Numbered from the stretch's first letter, positions 18,332 through 30,199 are shown. The stretch is DNA of 64,000 bases from Nitriliruptorales bacterium (GCA_046263195.1 JBHELG010000084.1:4855-68854); one strand, 5' to 3'. The notes: generated by a model from the sequence alone, not told the origin. Made by a program: numbers and translations.

Positions 18332-19756
18332 ATGAGCCGGCCGTGGGACCGGCGCAGCCTGCGTCAGCAGCAACGGGTGCAGAGCCTCGTCCTCCGCCAC
18401 TGGATGCCTGCAGCGGCGTCCTTCAGTTCCTTCTGGGGAGCCCACTTCGCGGCAGCCGGGGTAGACCCGGGAACGGTCGACTCCCCGGCGCGACTGAGGC
18501 AGATACCACCCGTCCGCGAGCGCGACATCCTCAACGCTGATGGACCAGGCGGCCCAGGGCTCTTGTTGCGCCCCACCGAGGACCAGGTGAAGGCACGTGC
18601 CAACCTGGCCACACTTTGGCACATCGCACGGGACATGCGCGGCGGGGGGACCGCCGGCAAGAGACTGGCGCTGCTCCGGGAGTACCAGCCGATCCACCTG
18701 CACCCGAGCGGCCGCGACGGCGAACTCATGATCGCGTACTCCCGGAGTGATCTCGACCGCTTCCATCGTCTCGGTGCTCGAGCTGCCGCAGTGCTGGGGC
18801 TCACTTCTTCCGATTATCTCGTTTCCGCTGTGCCTGCCGATGGCACCCTGGCCTTCTGGGGCGTCTACCACCTCGCGCTCGGAGCCTCCATCCTCGCCAT
18901 TCATGCGCGAGGAACCGGGCAGAGGCTCGAGATCGTGGCGCCCGCGTTCCGACTCGTGCCGGCTACGACCGTCGCTGTGCCCGTCGACGAAGCCGTCGCT
19001 CTGGCGGGCGCCCTCCGCCGGGCTGGAACTGAGCTCGAGCGGCTGACAACGGTGGTGCTCGTGGGTCCACCGCCGCCAAGGGTGGAGCGTGACCGGATCG
19101 CACAGGCGTGGCGGACAGCCGGGCCACCAGCGGGGGTCCGGGTCGTGGCCTTGTGGGCGCCGCCCGGAGGACGTGCCCTCTGGGCGGAATGTGCGGAGGG
19201 GGCCGCTACCGGGGAGGAGAGCGGGCTACACACCTACCCCGACCTCGAGGTGGTCGAGCTTCTCGACCCCGCGACCGGTCGGCCTGTCGCGGCAGGCGGA
19301 GACCTCACCTACACATCGGCCGGTTGGCATGGGACCGCACTGATCCGATACCAGACCGGGGACTATGCCGCCGGGCTCCGTACCGACCCCTGTACTGCCT
19401 GTGGCCGGACGGTGCCCCGTGTCCAGCCGGAGATCTCACCGGGCGCGTGGGAGCCGGAGCTGCGCAGCGGCGAGCGTTCCGTCAGGGTTGACCTGCGTGG
19501 CGCGGGGGCCGCACTGGCCGCAGACCCTGCCGTGGATGCGTGGCTGCTCGAGGTTCGGGGCCCGTCGGGCCGCCGATCCGGTGACGAGTATGTGGTCATG
19601 CTCGCCGGTCAGCTCGACAGGAAGCATCTCGTGGATCTGGATCGTCGTCTCGCGACTGCCGTGGGTCAGCCACCGCTCCAACTCATCGTCGCGGATCGCG
19701 AGGTTCTCGAGGCTGACATCGTCGAAGTTGGCGGTGCCTTCATCGACGCCCGCTGA
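18332..19756 (+). CDS. Phenylacetate-CoA ligase (PaaK)-like protein with degenerate catalytic motifs
   Basis: PaaK-like N-terminus (FAAAGVDP..LRQIP), AYSRSDL, GLH..DLEVVELLDP and LIRYQTGD. The SSGTTG loop is replaced by PSGRDG. Confidence 0.68.
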   Translation: MSRPWDRRSLRQQQRVQSLVLRHWMPAAASFSSFWGAHFAAAGVDPGTVDSPARLRQIPPVRERDILNADGPGGPGLLLRPTEDQVKARANLATLWHIARDMRGGGTAGKRLALLREYQPIHLHPSGRDGELMIAYSRSDLDRFHRLGARAAAVLGLTSSDYLVSAVPADGTLAFWGVYHLALGASILAIHARGTGQRLEIVAPAFRLVPATTVAVPVDEAVALAGALRRAGTELERLTTVVLVGPPPPRVERDRIAQAWRTAGPPAGVRVVALWAPPGGRALWAECAEGAATGEESGLHTYPDLEVVELLDPATGRPVAAGGDLTYTSAGWHGTALIRYQTGDYAAGLRTDPCTACGRTVPRVQPEISPGAWEPELRSGERSVRVDLRGAGAALAADPAVDAWLLEVRGPSGRRSGDEYVVMLAGQLDRKHLVDLDRRLATAVGQPPLQLIVADREVLEADIVEVGGAFIDAR

Positions 19757-19763
19757 CCTGGGT

Positions 19764-19844
19764 GGAAGGGCGGTCTCGGCTTGCCCGGGGAAGGGCCGCA
19801 GGCCCGGCGGGCGGGAGATGCAGGACCGCCGGCGGGACAGGTAG
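19764..19844. repeat. Long copy of the dispersed hairpin repeat family
   Basis: About 64 of 76 positions identical (by eye) to 62464-62540. Stem GGCGGTC / GACCGCC; tail GGCGGGACAGGTAG. Confidence 0.85.
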
Positions 19845-19848
19845 CTGG

Positions 19849-21639
19849 TCACTCCTGGAACAGCGGAACGAGCTCGACCTCGCCGCCCATGCCGACGATC
19901 AGCAGCGCGCGAGCAGTATGGACCTGGCGGAGCCGGACGACGATCTCGTCCAGGTCGCCCTCACCGAGGGCGCTCGCGTCGATGTCGGGACGCCGCCACG
20001 CTGTGACCTGCACGTCGAGCCGCCTACGCAGCTGCACGGCCAGCGACCCGGGCTGTGGGGCCACGACGATCAGTTCACGCAGCGTGAGGGCTGGGGCCTC
20101 CTCGGGTGCTTCCGCGCGGTCTTCACGCAGCACCAGAGCGTAGTGGACGCTCACCGCTCCGGCCGTGAGCAGCAGGGAGATGCTCCAGCGCTGCTCCTCG
20201 ATCAGGTCCGCCCTCAACATCCCGGACAGCAGCGCGTCGAACAGCTCGAACAGCAGGATGCTGAGAGCCACGACCGTCGTGATGATAGCCCCACCGAAGG
20301 CGCCGAAGATCAGCACCCTCCGGGCAAGAGCCGTGCGTTCGGATCGAGCATCGCGCACTCGTTGCTGGATGGAGTACCAGAACCGACTCCAGAGTGGCAC
20401 GCCGATGATCAGCAGCGTCAGCCCTACGGCGATTACGTCACGTACCCCGCCGGGGGCTTGGATCAGTGTCCGCCCAGGGACCGCCAAGTCGAGGCCGACC
20501 ATGAGCACGGTGGCGATGCCGCCCGCGGCTGTGAGCATCCCGGCGGCGGCGACCAGATAGCGGTAAACGCGCTCTGGGCCGCTCCACACGCCCGGGGAAG
20601 TTGGTTCGAACTCCCCCAGCAGGGCGCGGTGGTAGCCCCACAAGGCGAGCCCGAGGGTCAGTCCGGCGAGCGCGGAGGGCACCACGTCGAAGTGGATCGT
20701 CGCCGCTTCATGGTTCGCCTGCAGGACCCAGGCCAGCAGGCGGTGCAGCAGTACGCTGCCAGATACGACGGCGGTCACGGTCCCGGACAGGACGCCCACC
20801 AGGAACACGTACACGAACCAGGCCTTCGATGCGACGTCACGACGACCCACCAGCAGGAGGTGCCACCACCACAGCCCCGCACCCACAGCCCCGGCGACGA
20901 GAGGCGGCCGCAGCTCGAACGGGAGTGGGTGCCCTGCGAGAAGCGTCTGCGTGCCTGCCGCGGCGTCGTACAGGGTTGCGAGGGAACGAGCCAGGATCCC
21001 CGCAAGGGCGACGGCCAGCAGCGCGATCCCCACCATGGCGGCCAGATAGACCTCGGCTCGATCGATTCGTCGCGTGTGTTCCGATCCGAATGGCACCTCG
21101 GCGGCGACACGTTCGTGGTACGCCCACAGCACTCCCCATACGAGCAGCCATGCGACAGCCCGGGCCTCATACGGCTCCGCGCCGACCAGCCACAACCCCG
21201 ACCGGATGGCGGAAGGAACAGCGACGGTGAGGGTCACCCCCCGCAGGGCGGCGAGGTACAAGCGCCGAGCAGGCGAGTTGCGCTCGCTGAATGCTCGCTG
21301 CACGTCTCGCTGCGCCGCCTGCCACGACAGGACCCACACAGGAAGACCCACCACCGTCAGCGACAGGCCGAGCGCCAAGCCTCGTTCCGATTCACTCACG
21401 AGCGTCCGGCCCCCGAACGTCTCGAGAGCCACCCGGAGTACGCCCGACAGGCCAGACGCGGTGAGCAGAGCGCCGAGCAGGGAGGAGGAATAGAGGAACA
21501 CCTGACGAAGCGTGTGGTGGCTTCTGCCGGCCTCCGCGCCGCTGGTGCCGTCGGAACGCTGGCGGACCACGAGAACGACGATGACGATGCTGACGACGAC
21601 CAGGACGGGCAGGAGGCGCAACACGATCAGGCCGGGCAC
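19849..21639 (-). CDS. Polytopic membrane protein with repeated DUF5671-like domains
   Basis: Repeats of RQVFLY / RRLYLA / ERVYRY..L..G followed by LALGLSL.VVGLPVW..SW type segments; about 14 TM helices. Confidence 0.72.
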   Translation of the reverse strand: MPGLIVLRLLPVLVVVSIVIVVLVVRQRSDGTSGAEAGRSHHTLRQVFLYSSSLLGALLTASGLSGVLRVALETFGGRTLVSESERGLALGLSLTVVGLPVWVLSWQAAQRDVQRAFSERNSPARRLYLAALRGVTLTVAVPSAIRSGLWLVGAEPYEARAVAWLLVWGVLWAYHERVAAEVPFGSEHTRRIDRAEVYLAAMVGIALLAVALAGILARSLATLYDAAAGTQTLLAGHPLPFELRPPLVAGAVGAGLWWWHLLLVGRRDVASKAWFVYVFLVGVLSGTVTAVVSGSVLLHRLLAWVLQANHEAATIHFDVVPSALAGLTLGLALWGYHRALLGEFEPTSPGVWSGPERVYRYLVAAAGMLTAAGGIATVLMVGLDLAVPGRTLIQAPGGVRDVIAVGLTLLIIGVPLWSRFWYSIQQRVRDARSERTALARRVLIFGAFGGAIITTVVALSILLFELFDALLSGMLRADLIEEQRWSISLLLTAGAVSVHYALVLREDRAEAPEEAPALTLRELIVVAPQPGSLAVQLRRRLDVQVTAWRRPDIDASALGEGDLDEIVVRLRQVHTARALLIVGMGGEVELVPLFQE

Positions 21640-22115
21640 ACGTCGTAGGGCCAGAACATCTCGGCGATGCCCCAGGTGGCGTCGACTCGCTCGACGACGA
21701 ACACCTCCCGGTGGTCATACCCTCCGCCCCCGAGCGGCGGCTCCCCGTAGAACTCGGTGATGCGGACCCTTACCTCGACGGTCTCGTCGTCGATCTGACG
21801 CGTTCCGAGAAGGTCGGCCTCGAAGGTCAGACGCTCCTCGGAGAAGGGGGGACGTCGTCGTGGCTCCTCCCGCTCGCAGCGCTCACGCAGCTGGGGCGTG
21901 TACGTGTCACGGAGCGAGGCGGAGTCCCCTTCGGCCACCGCACGCAGATACCGCTGCACGACGGCCTCTGGGCTTCCGGGCGGGAGGGCGGGGGGCTCTC
22001 GGACGGTGGCGACCACGATCGCGACGATGGACACGACGAGAACCAGGGCGACGGTCCCGCTGAGCCAACGAGTCGAGGGCGCGACGGCGTTCCCCCCTAC
22101 CGGACCAGGTGACAA
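21627..22115 (-). CDS. Exported/anchored hypothetical protein (NTF2-like segment PEAVVQRYLRAVAEGD)
   Basis: One N-terminal TM helix; overlaps the start of the DUF5671-like gene; start codon uncertain. Confidence 0.68.
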   Translation of the reverse strand: MSPGPVGGNAVAPSTRWLSGTVALVLVVSIVAIVVATVREPPALPPGSPEAVVQRYLRAVAEGDSASLRDTYTPQLRERCEREEPRRRPPFSEERLTFEADLLGTRQIDDETVEVRVRITEFYGEPPLGGGGYDHREVFVVERVDATWGIAEMFWPYDVCPA

Positions 22116-22187
22116 CGATACTCCCCGCGAGCTCCCACCCGCGCAGCTTTACTTCCGAGCCTGTCCACGCCGATGCATGCGCCCCCC

Positions 22188-23324
22188 CTAGGCTGTCGCG
22201 GCCGGCGCGTCTGGTATAGCGCTCCCCCTTGGAGCGCAGACGATGTCGATGCGATGCCAGGCGTTGTTTGCGTACCCCTTGAAGTTCCACAGGGGCGCGA
22301 CTTGCTCTGGCTGGCTGTTGCCTGCGGAATCGAAGGCACGCACGGCAATCCGATGACGGCCGGGAGACAGGTCGAGCTCTGCCTGCCACAGCGTCCAGCC
22401 CCACGGTCCCGAACGGGTCAGCCCCGTGGCAGGACTCCACCTAGCGCCCTCGTCGCTGGTGACTTCCACTCGCTCGATGCGACGGCCTGCGCCCGACAGG
22501 GCATATCCCTCGAATCGCGCCCGGCCAGATGGGAGTACAGCCCCTTCAGTGGGACTGCAGATGACCGCGTTCAGCGTGAGTTCGCCCAGCATCGTGCCCT
22601 GCTCCCAGCGCACGTTGTCCGCGCTGATCTCGGGCGGGAACAGGCGATAGGCGCGCTGCTGGTAGTAGTTGATGGAGGGCTCCGCAATCGCCTCGATCCG
22701 GGCCAGCCACTTCACGCTGCGAGCGCCGATGTAACCGGGCACCACCAGACGCAGCGGGAAGCCGTGCACGGGCAGCAGCGGCTCGTCGTTCATACGGTCG
22801 GCGAGCAGCACCTCCCCCCCCAGGGCCTTGCCGAGCGGGATGGACCCCCCGAAATGCTCACTCGGGGCGTTCGGATGGCCAACCACGTCCGATCCCGCAA
22901 AGGCCAGGTGCCGCGCGGAGGTGGATGGCTGGGCTGCCGCGAGGACATCGTGCAGCCGCCACCCCGACCAGAGCACGTTACTGACCGCATCGACTCCCCA
23001 AGGCGTCTCCGAGGGGATATCGCTGACAGCCATGAGCTCCCGGCGCCGGTTTCCGGCGCAGCACAGCGCCGCCACCACTTCCACGCGCTCGAAGCGATCG
23101 GCCAGGACCGCCAGTGACAACTCCAGCGGTCGCTGCACCAACCCCTCCACTCGCAGGCGGAGGTCGTCAGCAGCCAGGAGTGGTATCTCCGCGTGCGCCC
23201 GCACGAACACCATCTCGGTCGGCGTAATGAGATGGTCCACGAGCCGGCCCCGTGGGGCCCCCGCGTTGAGGGGTGCCTCCTGGTACACGACCATGTCCGA
23301 GGCCTTGCCTGACGGCAGCGACAT
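22188..23324 (-). CDS. Sulfite oxidase family molybdoenzyme (Mo-co plus dimerisation domain)
   Basis: ITPTEMVFVRAH, LCCAGNRR, HGFPLRLVVPGYIGARSVKWL and WNFKGYANNAW. ATG 23324 with a GGAGG RBS; the ORF-track extension to 23933 is spurious. Confidence 0.88.
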   Translation of the reverse strand: MSLPSGKASDMVVYQEAPLNAGAPRGRLVDHLITPTEMVFVRAHAEIPLLAADDLRLRVEGLVQRPLELSLAVLADRFERVEVVAALCCAGNRRRELMAVSDIPSETPWGVDAVSNVLWSGWRLHDVLAAAQPSTSARHLAFAGSDVVGHPNAPSEHFGGSIPLGKALGGEVLLADRMNDEPLLPVHGFPLRLVVPGYIGARSVKWLARIEAIAEPSINYYQQRAYRLFPPEISADNVRWEQGTMLGELTLNAVICSPTEGAVLPSGRARFEGYALSGAGRRIERVEVTSDEGARWSPATGLTRSGPWGWTLWQAELDLSPGRHRIAVRAFDSAGNSQPEQVAPLWNFKGYANNAWHRIDIVCAPRGSAIPDAPAATA

Positions 23325-23371
23325 CTCCCCCCTCCTCCCTTCGGAGCGCCTCTCCGCAAGGGCCCGTCGAC

Positions 23372-23773
23372 TCAGCCCATGGTGTTCGCGTGTTGCGGTT
23401 CGATGTGAACGATCACGCGCTCCGCCTGCGGCTGCTTGTGCGGGTACTCGTCCTCGTCGAGGTACTTCTGAGCCAGCAGGTCGATGAACTCCTTCTGCGG
23501 GTCGTTTTCGACCTCGACGACCCGACCCCGCACCTCCAGATATCGGTAGGGGTTCTCCGGGTCCAGGATCGAGACCGCCACCCTGCCGTCGCGTTGCACG
23601 TTCTCGTACTTCTGGCGCTGTTTCGTCGTGCTGATGAGCAACTTTTCGTTCCGCCACAGATACCACACCGGGTGGGACTGGGGCTCCCCGTCGTGACCCA
23701 ACGACGCGAGATGCGCGAACCCTCTCTTGTCGAGCAGGTCGGCATGACTCTCCGGGATGACATCGGCTGGCAT
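23372..23773 (-). CDS. PPOX-class F420-dependent oxidoreductase
   Basis: AHLASLGHDGEPQSHPVW, QKYENVQRDGRVAVSILDPENPYRYLEVRG. Confidence 0.88.
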   Translation of the reverse strand: MPADVIPESHADLLDKRGFAHLASLGHDGEPQSHPVWYLWRNEKLLISTTKQRQKYENVQRDGRVAVSILDPENPYRYLEVRGRVVEVENDPQKEFIDLLAQKYLDEDEYPHKQPQAERVIVHIEPQHANTMG

Positions 23774-23931
23774 GCTCTACCTCCTGTCCCTCGACGTCTC
23801 CATCCTCCCCCTGCCAGGTCTCGAGGTCGAGCCGCTGCAGCCGTGCTCCCCTGACACGACCCCCAGCCGGGCAGCGGACGCCGCACCTCTCTTCCCGGTA
23901 CCGTCCCTTCGACGCACAGGACCGGAAGCAC

Positions 23932-25092
23932 ATGATCTACCTCGACCATGCGGCGACGACCGTCCCACGAGACGAGGCACGCCAGGCCCTGGACCGCTGG
24001 CTCGATCCCCGCTCGATGGTGGGCAACGCCTCCTCAGCGCACACCGCCGGGCGGCGGGCGCGACTCGCGGTGGAGCAGGCCCGCGAGCAGATCGCTGCCG
24101 CCCTGGGAGCGTCCCCGGCCGACGTCGTATTCACCTCAGGGGGTACCGAATCGGACAACCTGGCGCTCAAGGGCCTCGCCTGGGCCGCAGCAGAGCGGGG
24201 ACGGCGCCACCTCGTGACCTCCGCGGTCGAGCATCCTGCTGTCCTCGACAGCCTCCGCTGGCTGGCGGAGCACGACGGCTTCACGCTGAGCGTTGTCCCC
24301 CCGCAGCGAGATGGGCGAGTCGATGTGGAAAGGGTGCTCGGAGGGGTGCGCGAAGACACGGCCGTCGTTTCCGTGATGGCCGCCAACAACGAGCTCGGAG
24401 CTGTGAACGATGTCGCCACGCTCGGCCGCGCGCTGCGTGAGCGTGGTATCGCCTTCCACGTCGACGCAGTGCAGGCGTACGCCACACTCGACGTGGACGT
24501 GTCCGCCTGGCCGGTCGACGCGCTCGCCCTGTCCGCGCACAAGTTCGGGGGCCCGGGCGGGGTCGGCGTGGCTTACCTGAGGCGGGGCGTTCCCGTTGTC
24601 CCCCTGCTGCACGGGGGAGGCCAGGACCGAGGGGTCCGGTCCGGCACCTTCGCGGCTGCGCTCGACGCGGCCTGCGCCGCAGCCGCAGTCGCCGCCGCCG
24701 CCGAGCGTTCCGAGCTGAAGGCGCGCCTCGCAGTCCTCGCCGAACGGCTTGCGTCCGCCTTCACTGAAGTCGGCGGGGTGAGGCGCAACGGTCCCAACGA
24801 TCACGCCTGGCGACTCCCCTCTCACGTCCACGTGTCGGTGCAAGGCGTCGACGCTGAGGCCCTGCTCTTCGCCCTGGATCAAGCCGGCCTGTGCGTCTCC
24901 ACCGGGTCGGCGTGCCACTCGGGGGCGAACAAGGCCAGTCACGTACTCGCTGCAACCGGGCTCGACGACCTCGCCTCGGTCCGGGCCTCACTGGGCTGGA
25001 CGACGACGAGTGGGGACATAGACGCGGCAGCGGCGATATTCGCTGAAGCGGTCGCCAAGCTCCGCTCGGTGGGTGGGGGAGGCGTGGCGTGA
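23932..25092 (+). CDS. iscS: Cysteine desulfurase (IscS-like)
   Basis: IYLDHAATT, GNASSAH, FTSGGTESDN, LSAHKFGGP and VSTGSACHSG; GTGA-coupled to mnmA. Confidence 0.9.
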   Translation: MIYLDHAATTVPRDEARQALDRWLDPRSMVGNASSAHTAGRRARLAVEQAREQIAAALGASPADVVFTSGGTESDNLALKGLAWAAAERGRRHLVTSAVEHPAVLDSLRWLAEHDGFTLSVVPPQRDGRVDVERVLGGVREDTAVVSVMAANNELGAVNDVATLGRALRERGIAFHVDAVQAYATLDVDVSAWPVDALALSAHKFGGPGGVGVAYLRRGVPVVPLLHGGGQDRGVRSGTFAAALDAACAAAAVAAAAERSELKARLAVLAERLASAFTEVGGVRRNGPNDHAWRLPSHVHVSVQGVDAEALLFALDQAGLCVSTGSACHSGANKASHVLAATGLDDLASVRASLGWTTTSGDIDAAAAIFAEAVAKLRSVGGGGVA

Positions 25093-26216
25093 AGGTCCTC
25101 GTGGCCATGAGCGGGGGTGTCGACTCGGCCGTCGCCGCGGCGCTGCTCGTCGATGAGGGCCACGACGTCACCGGTGTCCACCTCAAGCTTTCCAACCTCC
25201 CGATCGACGAGCAGGTAGCCGGCCAAGGTTGCTGCACCTTCGACGATGTTCAGGACGCACGACGCGTGGCGCAGGTGCTTGGTATCCCCTTCTACGTCTG
25301 GGACCTCACCGACGTGTTCAGCAGGGAGGTCGAGCAGCCCTTCACGGCGACGTACGCGCGGGGATGGACCCCCAACCCGTGCATTGCGTGCAACCGGCAC
25401 GTGAAGTACGGGGCGCTGCTGTCGCGCTCACGCGTGCTCGGCTTCGATGCGCTCGCCACCGGTCATCACGTCCGCCGCCGTAGGGGTCACGATGGTGGCT
25501 GGCGCCTCCTACGGGCGGCCGATCGTGCGAAGGATCAGACGTACGTGCTGTACGTCGCCACTCAGGAGCAACTCGCTCACTCGTTGTTCCCCGTTGGCGA
25601 GCTCCTAAAGGAGGACGTGCGGGAGGAGGCGGAGCGGCGCGGCTTGCGTGTGGCACGCAAACGGGACTCCTACGACATCTGCTTCGTCCCGGGCGGGGAC
25701 ACCAACTCCTACCTCCGCACCCGTCTTGCCCCCGGATCTGGACCCATCCTCGACGTCGATGGGAGGGTCCTCGGCACACATGAGGGCGTCTGGCGCTACA
25801 CGGTCGGCCAACGTCGGGGACTGGGCCTGGGGAACCACGAGCGGCGCTACGTCGTCGCCCTCGACGGCAAGCGGAACACCGTGCTGGTTGGACCACGGGA
25901 GGCGCTGGCATGCTCGTGGATCGAGCTCGCCACTGCCACCTGGGTGAGCGGCAAGGAGCCACACGGCCCGGTGGCCGCCCAGATCCGTGCTCATGCTGAT
26001 CCGATCGCCGCGGTCCTGTCCCGTCGTGGGAGCGCATGGCGTGTCAACTTCGAGCACCCTCTGGATGGCGTGGCCGAAGGTCAGGCATGCGTGCTCTACT
26101 CGGGCCAGGACGGTGAGGAGTGCCTGGGCGGCGGAAGGATCGTCGCAGCGGAGCGACCCGACGTGGCAGTGGAGAGTCCCTTCCCCGACCAGGACCGATC
26201 AGGCTGCTGCCCGTAA
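25089..26216 (+). CDS. mnmA: tRNA-specific 2-thiouridylase
   Basis: VAMSGGVDSAV, TPNPCIACN, KDQTY, DSYDICF and YTVGQRRGLG. Confidence 0.96.
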   Translation: MKVLVAMSGGVDSAVAAALLVDEGHDVTGVHLKLSNLPIDEQVAGQGCCTFDDVQDARRVAQVLGIPFYVWDLTDVFSREVEQPFTATYARGWTPNPCIACNRHVKYGALLSRSRVLGFDALATGHHVRRRRGHDGGWRLLRAADRAKDQTYVLYVATQEQLAHSLFPVGELLKEDVREEAERRGLRVARKRDSYDICFVPGGDTNSYLRTRLAPGSGPILDVDGRVLGTHEGVWRYTVGQRRGLGLGNHERRYVVALDGKRNTVLVGPREALACSWIELATATWVSGKEPHGPVAAQIRAHADPIAAVLSRRGSAWRVNFEHPLDGVAEGQACVLYSGQDGEECLGGGRIVAAERPDVAVESPFPDQDRSGCCP

Positions 26217-26301
26217 GATCGGATCAGACCGAGCACCCTCAGCGCCCCCCGGGTTGGCGACGAAGACGCCGGGAGGAAGGGCCTGACGGAAGGCATCTCA
26301 G

Positions 26302-28613
<2,312 letters not shown>

Positions 28614-28628
28614 GGCTTAGCGGGTTCG

Positions 28629-29079
28629 GTGATGGAGGTGGTAACTCCGAAATCGCCTACACAAGCAGGGCTGCGGGCAGGCCCCGAAGAGGCCGAGCCC
28701 TGGGGGTTTCTGTTCGCGTACGGGAGCCTGCAACCGGGCGAGTGCCGCTGGCCCCTCATCGCCGAGCTCGTAGAGGTGCTCGGACCGGCGACGACCCCGG
28801 GGCGTCTCGTCTCGACGCCCATGGGGTGGCCGGCTGCCACCTTTGGGGGTGGCGGCCAGGTGCACGGCACCTTGTTGCGTTCACGCGGGCCGACCGCCGG
28901 CCCGGGAGCTGTGGCGGATCACCGACCTCGTCGAGGACGCCGGCCACCTCTTTCTTCGCAGCGTCATTCCAGTCCTCTTCCGCGATGCGGTGCACTGGGC
29001 GACTGCGTACGCCTGGAACTGGGCGCGCGGTGCACCTCCCGGCCAGGAGGTGCCGGACGGACGCTGGCGGGGGTCCTAG
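28629..29079 (+). pseudogene. Gamma-glutamylcyclotransferase (AIG2-like), frameshifted
   Basis: FLFAYGSLQPGE..VHGTLL in one frame continues as LWRITDLVED..ATAYAWN in the +1 frame; shift at about 28880-28905. Confidence 0.7.
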
Positions 29080-29197
29080 CGGTACGAGGTCGTTCCAATT
29101 CGACTCAGGACGCCGAACAACGAAGTCGAAACCGTCGTCAGGAGATTGGACCACTTCGTCCCTTTAGGAGGCGTTGTCCAATCCTGTGGGTGTCCGT

Positions 29198-30096
29198 TCA
29201 GTCGGGTGGTGGTGGTGAACGTCGGAGGGGTGTTCCGCGTGGGAGGGAGGTCCAGGTGCGGCCGTTTCGGGTGATCGTGAACGCCCCGGTTTGGGGGTCG
29301 AGCCGCTGTTTCCAGTTGAGGTCGTGCACGAGCTTGTGCCAGCGGCGCAGCAGCAGGGTGAGCTGGTCGGGATGGTGGTCACCGTCGTCGGCCTGCTCGA
29401 CCACATGGTGAATGTCCGCCCACGGGGCGGGGCCGGTGGATCCGGGGAAGCGACAGCCCTTGTCCCGCGCTCGTACGGCTAGTCGGATGTCTGCGGGGAT
29501 GGCGGCGGCTTTGATTTTGGCGGACACGGCCAGGGGACGTGCCCCGTTGAACACCACGACCCGCAGGTCCCCATCCCGCGTGAGGGCTGCGACGGTGGCC
29601 GCACTCAGGGTGGGCACGACACCGGGAGCGGCCAGCTCCACCATCCCAGCCGCGGTCGCGGTGACGTTCGCCAGGTCGACGTGGGCGATGAGCAGGGGGC
29701 GGGCTCGACGGCGTCTGCCCCGCCCCCACCCATCCAGTCGGTGCAGATGCGCACCAGCCCCTGGGCACGCTGCCTCGCCCTCGGCGAACAGCATCTTCGT
29801 GACGGCACGCGTTCGAGCACCCGCCCCGCCTCCAGCAGCATACGAGCATCGGAAGAGACCATGCGGTGCTCGAGTGCCAGCAGCAGCTCCAGGGGCAGGC
29901 CTTCGATGACCTCGACCACACCGGCGCGCTGCACCTTGCCGGCCAGGTCCACCGCCTCCGCGGTGGCCCGCTGCATAACCCGTAGCGCATCCGAGAGCTC
30001 GGCCAGCAGCCCCGCACCCTCCGCCAGGCTCACCTCCCCCTCAGGTCGGCCGGCAGGCCGGGTTACCGGAGGCTCAGGAGTCGCAGCGCTTTTCAT
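29198..30096 (-). pseudogene. Decayed DUF222/HNH endonuclease gene (REP13E12/Rv1128c-like), internally deleted
   Basis: IRLAVRARDKGCRFPG, WADIHHV and LTLLLRRWHKLVH (Zn/HNH cysteines lost). QRAQGLVRIC segment in another frame; several indels between about 29700 and 29810. Confidence 0.8.
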
Positions 30097-30099
30097 ACT

Positions 30100-30115
30100 T
30101 CGAACATGCGTTCAC
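30100..30115. promoter_or_regulatory. LexA (SOS) box
   Basis: TCGAAC-ATGC-GTTCAC versus the actinobacterial consensus TCGAAC-N4-GTTCGA; 3 nt from the DUF222/HNH start codon. Confidence 0.7.
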
Positions 30116-30199
30116 CCAGTGCCATGCGTGAGATCGAAGCCTGAGAAGATGTGGAAAAGTGGCGGGGGGGAGGCGGGTGTCGGGCAGGGGGCCGCCAGC

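Noticed and set aside
13153-23324. Functional link between TauE and sulfite oxidase
   Set aside because: About 8 kb apart with unrelated genes between; no evidence of co-regulation.
23325-23933. 200-aa N-terminal extension of the sulfite oxidase in the ORF track
   Set aside because: It overlaps the PPOX gene; a strong RBS and homology begin at ATG 23324.
26217-26301. Glycine-riboswitch-like words (GAAG ... CTCAGG) between mnmA and the small ORF
   Set aside because: Lacks the GGAGA and CCGAAG core and a plausible P1; downstream genes are unrelated to glycine.
29144-29183. GATTGGAC/GTCCAATC inverted repeat between convergent pseudogenes
   Set aside because: 8-bp stem with a 24-nt loop; a possible terminator but unrelated to the repeat family and not distinctive.
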